Origin: Holophagales bacterium
Lineage (GTDB): Bacteria > Acidobacteriota > Holophagae > Holophagales > Holophagaceae
DNA length: 64,000 bases
NCBI GenBank assembly: GCA_041908165.1
Contig: JAYRFV010000065.1
Coordinates: 11,954-75,953 of the forward strand
Direction of reading: 5' to 3'
Positions 19,968 through 28,855 of the stretch are shown here, piece by piece (within the stretch, counting starts at the first letter, position 1; each line of letters opens with the position of its first letter). The notes beneath the pieces were generated by a model that saw only the letters and a list, made by a program, of their open reading frames with translations, had not been told where the DNA came from and did no database searches. Both the position numbers and the translations under genes were made by a program.

Positions 19968-22946
19968 TCAGCGCAGCTGTTGGAGGATGTCCTCCAGATT
20001 GTAGGCCTGCAGGGCGGACCGCACCGCCCGGGCCAGTCCGGCGTCGTCCAGTTCCGCCAGGAGCCCTTCTGCCTCCTGCAGGTCGCCCACGGCCACCAGG
20101 TCGTGGAGGCGGGACCGCCAGACGGGGTCCTGGCGGGAGAGGCCGTCGAGGGGAGCGGCCCCGGGGACGGCCATGGGCTCCAGGGAGCGCCGCTCGAACC
20201 GGGCACCGAGCAGGCGCTCGACCTGGGCGAACAGCTGCTCCTCGTCGATCGGCTTGATCAGGAAGGCGTCGAAGCCCAGGGACAGGAGGTCCTCGGTGCT
20301 GACGTCGTAGACGCTCGCGCTGATCGCGATCACCGGGGTCCGGGACAGGGCCCCTTCGGCCTCCTCCCGGCGCAGGCGCCGCACGGCCTCGAAGCCGTCC
20401 ACCCCCGGCATGCGCAGGTCCATGAGGATCAGGCTGGGACGCTGCTCCCGCCAGCGCTCCAGCCCGGCGGCACCGTCCCCGGCCAGGATGCAGTCGAAAC
20501 CCAGGAGGGTCAGCAGGCGGTCGAGGATGTCGCGGTTCTCGCCGCGGTCGTCGACGATCAGCAGGCGGTGCCTGGGCTGCCCCTCCGCCAGCCGCACCAC
20601 CCGCCCCAGGGTCGGCAGCACCACCGGCGACTCGGGCTGCGGGAGGGGGATGCTGAACCCGAAGGAGGCTCCCTCGCCGGCCCGGCTTTCCAGCTCCAGG
20701 GCCCCTCCCATGAGGGCCACCAGCGACCGGCTGATGTGCAGCCCCAGGCCGGTGCCCGAGGCGGCGTGGCCGAGCGCGGTCTGGTGGAAGGCGGAGAACA
20801 GGTGCGCCTGTTCCTCGGCCGGGATGCCCGGGCCGGTGTCCTCCACCCGGAAGGTGCCCAGGTCCCCTGTCCAGCCGACGCGCAGCCGGACGGAGCCGAT
20901 GGCGGTGAACTTGAGGGCATTGCCCAGCAGGTTGACCAGCACCTGGCGCAGCTTGGCGAGGTCCCCCTCCACCTGGGGGGGAAGGCGACCGGCGTGGACG
21001 CTGAAAGCCAGGCCCTTGGCCTGCGCCGAAAGGTTGAAGAGGGCTTCCATCTCCCGCAGCAGGTCCGCCAGGGAGAAGGCCGTGGGCCGCAGCTCCATGC
21101 GGCCGGCCTCGATCTTGGACAGGGAGAGGACGTCGTTGATCAGGGCCAGCAGGTGCTCCCCGGAGCGGACGACCTGGCCGAGCTGGAGCTGGTCCTCCAG
21201 GCTCCGCCCCGGGTCCCGCGCCATCAGGCGCGTGTAGCCCAGGATGGCCGACAGCGGGGTGCGCAGCTCGTGGCTCATGCTGGCCAGGAAGGCGCTCTTC
21301 GCCCGCGACGCCTCCTGGGCCCGGGCCTCGCTGAGGCGGAGCGCCTCCTCGGACTGCTTGAGCTTGGTGATGTCCTCGGTGACGCCGTCCCAGAGCAGGC
21401 TCCCGTCCGGCTGGACGGTGGGGCTGCGCCGCACCCGCACCCACTTCAGTTCCCCGGGGCGGCTGGTGAAGGAGCGGCCCTCCCAGTCCAGGGGCTCGCG
21501 CCGGGTGGTGGCCTCCTGCAGGGCCAGGAGGAAGCCTTCCCGGTCATCAGGGTGGAGCTTCGCGAGGGCGTATTCGGGATCCCGCTCCAGCACGTCGGGA
21601 CCCTCGCCGTAGAAGGCGCGGAACTGCGGACTGACGAACCGCCAGACCCTCCGCCCGTCCGGCCAGACCTGGGTCTGGTAGACCACGTCGGGCAGGCGTT
21701 CGGCCAGCTGCCGGTAGCGGGCCTCGCTGGCGCGAAGCTCCTCGCGGAGCCGGCGGAGGTCGCGCAGGTCCAGGGCGACGCCCATCGTGCCCAGCAGGTC
21801 GCCCTCCGGTGTGCGGATCTGGGACAGCGTCAGCAGCACCGGGATCAGCGTCCCGTCGGCGGCCCGGAAGTGGCACTCGGTGGAATAGCCGGGGATCGCC
21901 CCGGCCACCTGCAGGGCCTCGACCCCCGGCTGCACCGGCCGCCCGACCTGGCGGGAGAGGTCCTCGGCCATGGCGTCCATCTCCTCGGCCACCCGCCACA
22001 CCATCGGCGTGACGCGGCCCACGGTCTCGGAAGCCCGCCGGCCGAGGAGGCGCTCCGCCCCCAGGTTGAAGTGGCTGACCACCCCCTGCAGGTCGATCCC
22101 GATGATGGCCGCCGGGGCGGAATCGAGGAGGGTCCGCTGCAGCGCCTGCTGGCCGCGCAGATCGGCCACGAGCCGCTGCAGGAAGGCCACGGTCCGGTTC
22201 AGCTCCTGCTGGGCCACCACGAACTCGCCCTCGCCCGGCTCCACGGTGACGGGCTCGAGGTGGCCGTCCGCCACGCGCCGCAGGTGGGCCACCAGGGAGC
22301 CGACGTCGTGACGGAGGTGGGCGGAGAACATCCGTCCGAATCCGAGGGTCAGGAGCAGCACCGAGGCGATCAGCACCAGGCCGATCGCGGACATGCGCCG
22401 GGACCGGGCCTCCAGCTCCTCGATCTGGACGCGGGCCTGGCGGTCCTCCTCTTCGCGCAGCCCCTGCAGCTGGCTCGAGAGGGACACCACTTCAGGCAGC
22501 CAGGTCCGGTCACCGAAGCGGCCGAGTTCCGGGGTCACGCCGGCGGGGAGCAGGATCTCCATTTCGAGGCTCAGCGCCCGCAGCCGCTGGAGGCCGGCCT
22601 CCGCCTCCTGGATCGCGGGGGTGGCCTGCCGGGCGGAGCGGAATTCCCGCCAGGCGCGGAGGGCCCGCGCCTCGTTCTCCCGGATGGTCTGCAGCCCGGT
22701 CTCCGCGGGCATCCTCCCGCCCCGCACCGCGCGCAGCACGAAGGTCATGTTCACCGCGTAGCACTCGTTGACCTCCACGAGCCGCTGGATCGGCAGCAGC
22801 CGGCCCCGGTACAGCTGGCTGGCGCCCTGGGCGGCCCGGCGCCCCAGGAGCAGGAGGCCGAAGCTGCCGGCCATCGTGAGCAGGGCGAGGATGCCCAGGG
22901 CCCATCGCACCTGGGTGGAAATGGATCTTTGCTGGAACCTGCCCAC
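19968..22946 (-). CDS. Hybrid sensor kinase: TM-4HB-like sensor-TM-HAMP-PAS-PAS-HisKA-HATPase-REC (start uncertain)
   Basis: FLASMSHELRTPLSAI H-box, NLLGNALKFT, GTGLGLHISRSL, then LLIVDDRGENRDIL...LMDLRMPGVDGFE. GTG at 22946 follows GGAG and precedes the first TM. The ORF-track Met at 23156 would overlap the divergent small gene. Confidence 0.88.
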   Translation of the reverse strand: MGRFQQRSISTQVRWALGILALLTMAGSFGLLLLGRRAAQGASQLYRGRLLPIQRLVEVNECYAVNMTFVLRAVRGGRMPAETGLQTIRENEARALRAWREFRSARQATPAIQEAEAGLQRLRALSLEMEILLPAGVTPELGRFGDRTWLPEVVSLSSQLQGLREEEDRQARVQIEELEARSRRMSAIGLVLIASVLLLTLGFGRMFSAHLRHDVGSLVAHLRRVADGHLEPVTVEPGEGEFVVAQQELNRTVAFLQRLVADLRGQQALQRTLLDSAPAAIIGIDLQGVVSHFNLGAERLLGRRASETVGRVTPMVWRVAEEMDAMAEDLSRQVGRPVQPGVEALQVAGAIPGYSTECHFRAADGTLIPVLLTLSQIRTPEGDLLGTMGVALDLRDLRRLREELRASEARYRQLAERLPDVVYQTQVWPDGRRVWRFVSPQFRAFYGEGPDVLERDPEYALAKLHPDDREGFLLALQEATTRREPLDWEGRSFTSRPGELKWVRVRRSPTVQPDGSLLWDGVTEDITKLKQSEEALRLSEARAQEASRAKSAFLASMSHELRTPLSAILGYTRLMARDPGRSLEDQLQLGQVVRSGEHLLALINDVLSLSKIEAGRMELRPTAFSLADLLREMEALFNLSAQAKGLAFSVHAGRLPPQVEGDLAKLRQVLVNLLGNALKFTAIGSVRLRVGWTGDLGTFRVEDTGPGIPAEEQAHLFSAFHQTALGHAASGTGLGLHISRSLVALMGGALELESRAGEGASFGFSIPLPQPESPVVLPTLGRVVRLAEGQPRHRLLIVDDRGENRDILDRLLTLLGFDCILAGDGAAGLERWREQRPSLILMDLRMPGVDGFEAVRRLRREEAEGALSRTPVIAISASVYDVSTEDLLSLGFDAFLIKPIDEEQLFAQVERLLGARFERRSLEPMAVPGAAPLDGLSRQDPVWRSRLHDLVAVGDLQEAEGLLAELDDAGLARAVRSALQAYNLEDILQQLR

Positions 22947-23121
22947 GGGCGCTCCGGGAAGGCGGGCGGGTGGCGATGGGCCTGCCGCGGCGGTCCGCGG
23001 AGGGGCTGTGGAGACGTGGAGGCGGACAGTATCCCGCCTTCCTCCCGGCTTCGCCGGGAATTTCTGCGGGGCGATTCGGCTATGCTGGCCGCGGCGCCTG
23101 CCGCGCCGGACCCGGGGACCC

Positions 23122-23346
23122 ATGAAGCTGACCGCACGCATCTCCAGCCTGCTCACCGCGCTCCTGGCCCTCGCCTGCTACGCCGGCGCCTACCGGAGCT
23201 TCCGGGCGATGGCGGCGGCCGCCGATCCCGCCCTCGCCCGGGACGCCCGGGGGTTCGGCTGGTTCGCGGTGTTCCTCGGCACGGTCTTCCTGGCGATCGC
23301 CGGGCTGTCCTGGTGGCTCCTCCGGGCGGAGTCCCCGGAGCCCTAG
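23122..23346 (+). CDS. Small two-TM membrane protein (74 aa)
   Basis: MKLTARISSLLTALLALACYAGAY...FGWFAVFLGTVFLAIAGLSWWLL. This is the in-frame tail of ORF 22768..23346. Confidence 0.45.
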   Translation: MKLTARISSLLTALLALACYAGAYRSFRAMAAAADPALARDARGFGWFAVFLGTVFLAIAGLSWWLLRAESPEP

Positions 23347-24368
23347 CCTGCCAACTCCGCCGCCGCGGCCTCGACACGACGGACCCAGGCCCTCCACGCC
23401 GGAGCATCGAAGCCATCGCCGGATGGACGGGGCAGGCCGCGCCGGAAGCGCAGCCCGGCCTGCAGGGACGCCTCCAGGTCGGCAGCCGGGAGCGCCCGCA
23501 GGGCGGCTGAGGCCTCGGCGAGGGCGGCAGGGCTCTGGCAGACCAGCAGGGCCAGATGCCCGGCGCCGATGGCCCGGCGCACCCGCTCCGGCCAGGGCCA
23601 GGCGTCCACCGCGCCCATCTCCAGGTCGTCGGTGACCCAGGCGGCCTCCACGCCCCACGGATTGCCGGCGGCGTGGCCCCGGTGCAGGCTGGCCGGCAGG
23701 CCGTCGCTCCAGGGCGTGCGCACGTGGGCGACCATCACCAGGCGGTCCGGCTTCGCCAGGGCACGGAAGGGTCCCAGCGCGCGCTCCACCACCGCCGGAT
23801 CCGTCAGTTCCGGCAGCGACTTGTGGCTGTCGACGCGGGTGCCGCCCAGCCCCGGGAAATGCTTGAGGCAGCCTTTCACGCCCTGCCCCTCCAGCCCGCG
23901 GAGGAAGGCGGCGGCGGCCTCCGCGGCCTCCTGCGGATCCTCCGCGGCGCGGCGTTCCCCGAGGCCGGTTCCCGGGATGCCGTCGTAGAGGTCCACGAGC
24001 GGGGCGAAGTCGATGTTGAACCCGAGCCGGCCCAGGCCCTCGCCCCACAGACGGCCCCAGGCCTCCGCGCCCGCGGCCCCGGAGGCCGTCCAGATGCGGC
24101 GGAAGGAGGGCGTCTCACCGACCCAGGCCTTGAGCCGGGACACCGGCCCGCCCTCCTGGTCGATGGCCACCGCCAGGGGCAGGTCACGGCCCCACCGGTC
24201 CTGCAGGTCGCGGATCAGCGCGTGGCAGCGCGCCGGCCCATGCTCCGGGTCGGGGTCGAGGTTCCGGGCGAACAGCACGACGCCCCCAGGTTCCGGATCC
24301 ATCGGAACGGGGGCGGCGTCCGGACCGGCGAGGCCCATCCAGATCGCGCTGCAGGGATTGACCGCCAT
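23343..24368 (-). CDS. nagZ: Beta-N-acetylhexosaminidase (GH3, NagZ-type)
   Basis: AIDQEGGPVSRL, KHFPGLGGTRVDSHKSLP motifs. No signal peptide. Start trimmed to the Met at 24368. Confidence 0.88.
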   Translation of the reverse strand: MAVNPCSAIWMGLAGPDAAPVPMDPEPGGVVLFARNLDPDPEHGPARCHALIRDLQDRWGRDLPLAVAIDQEGGPVSRLKAWVGETPSFRRIWTASGAAGAEAWGRLWGEGLGRLGFNIDFAPLVDLYDGIPGTGLGERRAAEDPQEAAEAAAAFLRGLEGQGVKGCLKHFPGLGGTRVDSHKSLPELTDPAVVERALGPFRALAKPDRLVMVAHVRTPWSDGLPASLHRGHAAGNPWGVEAAWVTDDLEMGAVDAWPWPERVRRAIGAGHLALLVCQSPAALAEASAALRALPAADLEASLQAGLRFRRGLPRPSGDGFDAPAWRAWVRRVEAAAAELAG

Positions 24369-24526
24369 GGAACCTCCTCGGGCCGCTGCGCCGGCCCCCG
24401 CAGCGTACAACAGTCGCCAGGGGCGCCGAACGCCGGTATCGTTTCCTCGATGGCCTCGGATCCTGCCCAGCCGCTCCGGAGCACCTCGCCTGGAGGCTCC
24501 ACCCGGGCCCCGCAACGGGGGTCCCG

Positions 24527-25546
24527 GTGACGCGGATGCTCGCCGAGACCCGCGAGGCCCCTGCCGCGGTGGCCCGGCTGCTGGAGGCCGACGCGGCCGA
24601 CTACGCCGCCCTCGGCACCTTCCTGCGCGCCAACCCTCCCTGCGGCATCCTGACGCTGGCCCGCGGCAGCTCCGATCACGCGGCCCAGCACACCGCCTAC
24701 CTCACGATGGCCCGGCTGGGCCGGCTGGTGACCTCCCTGCCCCCGTCCCTGGTGACGCTCTGCCACGCCGACCTGGCCCGCCCGGACCTGCTGGTGCTGG
24801 CGTTCTCCCAGTCCGGCCAGAGCCCGGACCTGGTGGACCCGCTGCGCTACTTCGGCGCCCGCGGCGCCACCACCGTCGCCCTGGTGAACGACCCCGGCTC
24901 GCCCCTGGCGCGGGAGGCCGGACGCGTGTTCGCCCTGCACGCCGGCGAGGAGCGCAGCGTGGCGGCCACCAAGTCCTTCATCGCCCAGCTGGTGGCGGGC
25001 CTGCGGCTGATCGAGGCCTGGCAGGGGGATGCGGGGCTGCAGGCCGGTCTCGCCGCGCTTCCCGATGCCCTGGCGCGCGCGGTCCGCGCCGACTGGTCCG
25101 CTGCCGTGGAGGCGCTCACGGACGTCGACCGCCTCTTCGTGCTCGGCCGCGGCGCCGGCCTCGCCATCGCCACGGAAGCGGCGCTGAAGCTGAAGGAGAC
25201 CTGCGGCATCCAGGCCGAACCCTTCTCCGGAGCCGAACTGCGCCACGGCCCCATGGCGATCGTCGAGGAGGGGTTCCCGCTGATCGTCTTCGCCCCGCGC
25301 GGGCCGGCCCAGGCCGGCCTCCTGTCCCTGGCCCGAGACCTCAGGGCCGCCGGCGCCCGGGTGCTGCTCGCCGCCCCCGGGGACATCCACGATGCGGACC
25401 TGCCGCTGGTGCCCGCCCCCCATCCCGACCTCGACACGGTGGCCGCGATCCAGAGCTTCTACCCGATGGCCGAGGCCCTATCCCGGGCCCGGGGCCACGA
25501 TCCGGACCACCCGCCGCGCCTGGCCAAGGTGACCCGCACCCTCTGA
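24527..25546 (+). CDS. Double-SIS domain sugar-phosphate isomerase/deaminase (GlmS isomerase-domain-like; NagB-II/AgaS-like)
   Basis: LTLARGSSDHAAQHTAYL, AFSQSGQSPDLV, VAATKSF, and a second SIS with LGRGAGLAIATEAALKLKE. Confidence 0.8.
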   Translation: MTRMLAETREAPAAVARLLEADAADYAALGTFLRANPPCGILTLARGSSDHAAQHTAYLTMARLGRLVTSLPPSLVTLCHADLARPDLLVLAFSQSGQSPDLVDPLRYFGARGATTVALVNDPGSPLAREAGRVFALHAGEERSVAATKSFIAQLVAGLRLIEAWQGDAGLQAGLAALPDALARAVRADWSAAVEALTDVDRLFVLGRGAGLAIATEAALKLKETCGIQAEPFSGAELRHGPMAIVEEGFPLIVFAPRGPAQAGLLSLARDLRAAGARVLLAAPGDIHDADLPLVPAPHPDLDTVAAIQSFYPMAEALSRARGHDPDHPPRLAKVTRTL

Positions 25547-25551
25547 AGCCC

Positions 25552-26436
25552 ATGCTGCCCAACACCGAACGGCCCCACCCCGACCACCCGTTACTCGACT
25601 GCTACCCGGCCCAGGCGCTGGTGGAGGCGCTGGTGGACGACCAGGCCGGCGCGGCCCGTGCCGTGCGGGCCGCGGCGACCGTGCTCGCGGCGGCCGTGGA
25701 GGCCGCGGTGCCGCGCCTGCGCCTGGGCGGCCGGCTCATCTACGTGGGCGCCGGCACCTCGGGCCGGCTGGGCCTGCTCGACAGCGTCGAGCTGCACCCG
25801 ACCTTCTCCTGGCCCCGCGAGCAGGCCGTCGACCTGCTCGCCGGCGGCCCCGGCGCGGTGCATTCGGCGGTGGAAGGCGCCGAGGACGACCAGGAGCAGG
25901 GCGCGCGGGACCTGGCCCGGCTCCGGCCCGGCGCGAACGACGTGGTGCTGCTCCTGGCCGCCTCCGGCGCCACCCCGTACACCCTGGGCGCGCTGGCGGC
26001 GGCGAAGGAGGCCGGCGCCTGCACCGTCGGCTTCGCCAACAACCCGGAATCGCCGCTCGCCGCCGGGGCCGATTTCGGCGTCCTCCTGGACACCGGTCCG
26101 GAGGTGCTGTCCGGCAGCACGCGGCTGAAGGCCGGAACCGCCCAGAAGATCGCCCTGAACACCTTCTCGACCGCGGTGATGGTGCGGCTGCACAAGGTTT
26201 TCGGCAATCTCATGGTCGACGTCCGCCCCACCAACGCCAAGCTGGTGCGCCGCGCGGTCCGGCTGGTGGCCCTCGCCGCCGGGGTCGACGACCCGCGGGC
26301 GCAATCCGCCCTGGAGGCCTGCGGCGGCGAGGTGAAGCCCGCGATCGTCCACCTCGTGAAGGGTGTCGAGCCCGGACAGGCCCGGCTGCTCCTGGCGGCC
26401 GCGGAGGGCAGCGTCCGCGCCGCCCTGGAGGGCTGA
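25552..26436 (+). CDS. murQ: N-acetylmuramic acid 6-phosphate etherase
   Basis: GGRLIYVGAGTSGRLGLLDSVELHPTF...GSTRLKAGTAQKIALN...FGNLMVDVRPTNAKL. This is the last 294 aa of ORF 24013..26436. Confidence 0.92.
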   Translation: MLPNTERPHPDHPLLDCYPAQALVEALVDDQAGAARAVRAAATVLAAAVEAAVPRLRLGGRLIYVGAGTSGRLGLLDSVELHPTFSWPREQAVDLLAGGPGAVHSAVEGAEDDQEQGARDLARLRPGANDVVLLLAASGATPYTLGALAAAKEAGACTVGFANNPESPLAAGADFGVLLDTGPEVLSGSTRLKAGTAQKIALNTFSTAVMVRLHKVFGNLMVDVRPTNAKLVRRAVRLVALAAGVDDPRAQSALEACGGEVKPAIVHLVKGVEPGQARLLLAAAEGSVRAALEG

Positions 26437-26438
26437 GC

Positions 26439-27725
26439 GTGGAGGCCGCGGCCCGACCGGGTCCGCCCGCCAGCCCCTGGGCCTGGATCCCCACGCTCTA
26501 CTTCGGCCAGGGCCTGCCCTACGTCGTGGTCATGCTGCTCTCGGTCGTGTTCTACAAGAACCTCGGCGTGGCCAACACCGACATCGCCCTGTTCACCAGC
26601 TGGCTCTACCTGCCCTGGGTGATCAAGCCGCTGTGGTCCCCGGTGGTGGAACTGGTCGGCACCAAGCGTGCCTGGGTGGTGCTGCTGCAGGGCGGACTGG
26701 GCGTGGCCTTCGCCCTGCTGGCCCTGGCGGTGCCGGGCCGGTCGTTCTTCGTGCTCACCCTCGCCATGTTCTGGCTGATGGCCTTCGCCTCCGCCACCCA
26801 CGACATCGCCGCCGACGGCTTCTACCTCCTGGCGCTCAGCGAGCGTTCCCAGGCCGCCTTCGTCGGCCTGCGCAGCGCCTTCTACCGGGCCGCGATGATC
26901 GCCGGGCAGGGCGGCCTGGTGCTGGCGGCGGGCAAGCTCAGCGAGGCCACCGGCGACCCCCGCCGCGCCTGGCTGACCATCTTCCTGGGCCTGTCCGCCT
27001 TCTTCCTCCTGCTGGGCGGCTGGCACCGCTGGGCGCTGCCGCGGCCGGCGGCCGACCATCCGGGCGGCGCCGGCGCGGGACTGCTCGCCGGGTTCCTGGC
27101 CACCTTCCGCAGCTTCTTCGCCCGCCGCGACATCCTGCTGGTGCTCGGGTTCCTGCTCACCTTCCGGCTTGGCGAGGCGCAGGCCATCAAGCTGGTCGCG
27201 CCCTTCCTCCTGGATCCGGCGGCGAAGGGCGGCCTCGGGCTGAGCACCAGCCAGGTCGGCCTGGTCTACGGCACCATCGGCGTGGCCGCCCTGACCTGCG
27301 GCGGCATCGCCGGCGGCTACCTGATCTCCCGGATGGGGCTCAAGCGCTGGCTCTGGCCGATGACCTTCGCGGTCCATGTGCCCAACCTGGCCTTCGTCTA
27401 CCTGGCGGCCCTCCGCCCCGAGGGCCTGGCCACGGTGGCCACCGCCATCGCCATCGAGCAGTTCGGCTACGGCTTCGGCTTCACGGCCTACACCATGTTC
27501 CTGGTGATGATCGCCGACGGTCCCCACAAGACCGCACACTATGCCATCGGCACCGGCTTCATGGCCCTGGGCATGATGCTGCCGGGCATGGGCAGCGGCT
27601 GGATCCAGGAGCGGATCGGCTACTTGATGTTCTTCGTCTGGGTCTGCGCCTGCACCCTGCCGTCGATCATCCTCACGGCCTTCCTGCGCATCGACCCCGC
27701 CTTCGGCCGCCGGGGCGCGCCGTGA
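26439..27725 (+). CDS. ampG: AmpG-family muropeptide MFS permease
   Basis: PWAWIPTLYFGQGLPYVVVMLLSVVFYKNLGVANTDIALFTSWLYLPWVIKPLWSPVVE. Multi-TM, 428 aa. Confidence 0.85.
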   Translation: MEAAARPGPPASPWAWIPTLYFGQGLPYVVVMLLSVVFYKNLGVANTDIALFTSWLYLPWVIKPLWSPVVELVGTKRAWVVLLQGGLGVAFALLALAVPGRSFFVLTLAMFWLMAFASATHDIAADGFYLLALSERSQAAFVGLRSAFYRAAMIAGQGGLVLAAGKLSEATGDPRRAWLTIFLGLSAFFLLLGGWHRWALPRPAADHPGGAGAGLLAGFLATFRSFFARRDILLVLGFLLTFRLGEAQAIKLVAPFLLDPAAKGGLGLSTSQVGLVYGTIGVAALTCGGIAGGYLISRMGLKRWLWPMTFAVHVPNLAFVYLAALRPEGLATVATAIAIEQFGYGFGFTAYTMFLVMIADGPHKTAHYAIGTGFMALGMMLPGMGSGWIQERIGYLMFFVWVCACTLPSIILTAFLRIDPAFGRRGAP

Positions 27726-28855
27726 CCGGCGGCGGGCGGCTCGCCTCCCTGGACGCCTTCCGCGGCCTCGCCATCGCCAGCATGGTGCTGGTCAACAACC
27801 CGGGCAGCTGGAGCCACGTCCACGGCCCCCTGGCGCACGCCGCCTGGAACGGCTGCACCTTCACCGACCTGGTGTTCCCCTTCTTCCTGTTCGCCGCCGG
27901 GCTGGCGATGACGATCTCCCTCGGCCGCCGGGCCGGAACCGGGCGGGACCGCCCTGCCCTGTACCGCGGCCTGGCCCGCCGCGCCGCGGTGATCTTCCTC
28001 ATCGGCCTGGGCCTGAACCTGATCTCCTCCTTAAGCTTCGCGACCCTGCGGGTGCCCGGCGTGCTGCAGCGGATCGCCCTCGCCGTCGTCCTCGCCGCGC
28101 CGGTGGTGATCTGGGGACGCTGGCGGGTGGCCCTGGCCGCCATCGCGGCGCTCACCGCCGCCTGGCTCCTGCTCATGCTGGCGGTGCCGGTGCCCGGCGC
28201 CGACGGCGTCGTCGCCGCGGGCCGCCTCCAGCCGGGCATGGATTTCGGCGCCTGGCTGGACCGGACGGTCCTGCCCGGCCACCTCTGGGCCAGCGCCCGG
28301 ACCTGGGATCCGGAGGGCAGCGTCGGCACCCTCACCGCCACGGCCAGCCTGCTGTTCGGCGTCCTGGCCGGGCGCTACCTGGAAGCACCGCAGGGAGCGC
28401 TGCGCAAGTCCCCCGGCCTGCTGCTGGCCGGACTGGCGCTGCTCGGTCTGGGCGCCGGGCTGGCCCGGCTGGGGCTGCCGTTGAACAAGAGCTTGTGGAC
28501 ACCCTCCTACACCCTGTTCACCGCCGGCTGGTCGGCCCTGTTCCTGGCGCTCTTCCACGCCGCCCTCGACGAGGCGCCGGAAGCCTTCCGCACCGCCGCC
28601 CGCCGGGCCTGCCTGCCGTTGACCATCTACGGCATGAACGCCCTGTTCCTGTTCGTCCTCTCCGGGCTCGTCGGCCGGCTGCTCCAGGCCCTGCGGGTTT
28701 CCGGCCTGCCCCTCAAGCAGCGGCTGTTCGACGCCCTGGCGGCCCTGCCCCTGGCGCCCGAGAACGCCTCCCTGCTGTTCGCCGTGCTGTTCAACCTGGT
28801 CATGTTCGGGGTCGCCTGGTTCATGTGGAGGAAGCGGTGGTTCGTGAAGGTCTGA
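27722..28855 (+). CDS. Integral-membrane acyltransferase, heparan-alpha-glucosaminide N-acetyltransferase-like (DUF1624/DUF5009)
   Basis: RLASLDAFRGLAIASMVLVNNPGSWSHVHGPLAHAAWNGCTFTDLVFPFFLFAAG. GTG at 27722 overlaps the ampG stop (GTGA). Confidence 0.75.
   Translation: MTGGGRLASLDAFRGLAIASMVLVNNPGSWSHVHGPLAHAAWNGCTFTDLVFPFFLFAAGLAMTISLGRRAGTGRDRPALYRGLARRAAVIFLIGLGLNLISSLSFATLRVPGVLQRIALAVVLAAPVVIWGRWRVALAAIAALTAAWLLLMLAVPVPGADGVVAAGRLQPGMDFGAWLDRTVLPGHLWASARTWDPEGSVGTLTATASLLFGVLAGRYLEAPQGALRKSPGLLLAGLALLGLGAGLARLGLPLNKSLWTPSYTLFTAGWSALFLALFHAALDEAPEAFRTAARRACLPLTIYGMNALFLFVLSGLVGRLLQALRVSGLPLKQRLFDALAALPLAPENASLLFAVLFNLVMFGVAWFMWRKRWFVKV

Noticed and set aside
19776-23510. 1244 aa ORF on the plus strand; similar giants at 58989..62012 (-), 6740..8551 (+), 32336..35086 (+) and 25740..27539 (-)
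   Set aside because: They lie antisense to clearly recognisable genes (hybrid kinase, isocitrate dehydrogenase, ilvB, TonB receptor, murQ/ampG). Their translations are Arg/Gly/Pro/Ala-rich low-complexity strings with no family motifs. Long antisense ORFs are expected in ~70% GC DNA because stop codons are rare.
24013-28855. ORF-track entries 24013..26436 (807 aa) and 26363..28855 (830 aa) taken as single large proteins
   Set aside because: Only the C-terminal parts are protein-like (murQ from 25552; the HGSNAT-like gene from 27722). The upstream parts overlap real genes in other frames and are Arg/Pro-rich. The same trimming was applied to ilvE, leuA, bshA, trpA, trpF, trpG, nagZ and the amidase at 36751.
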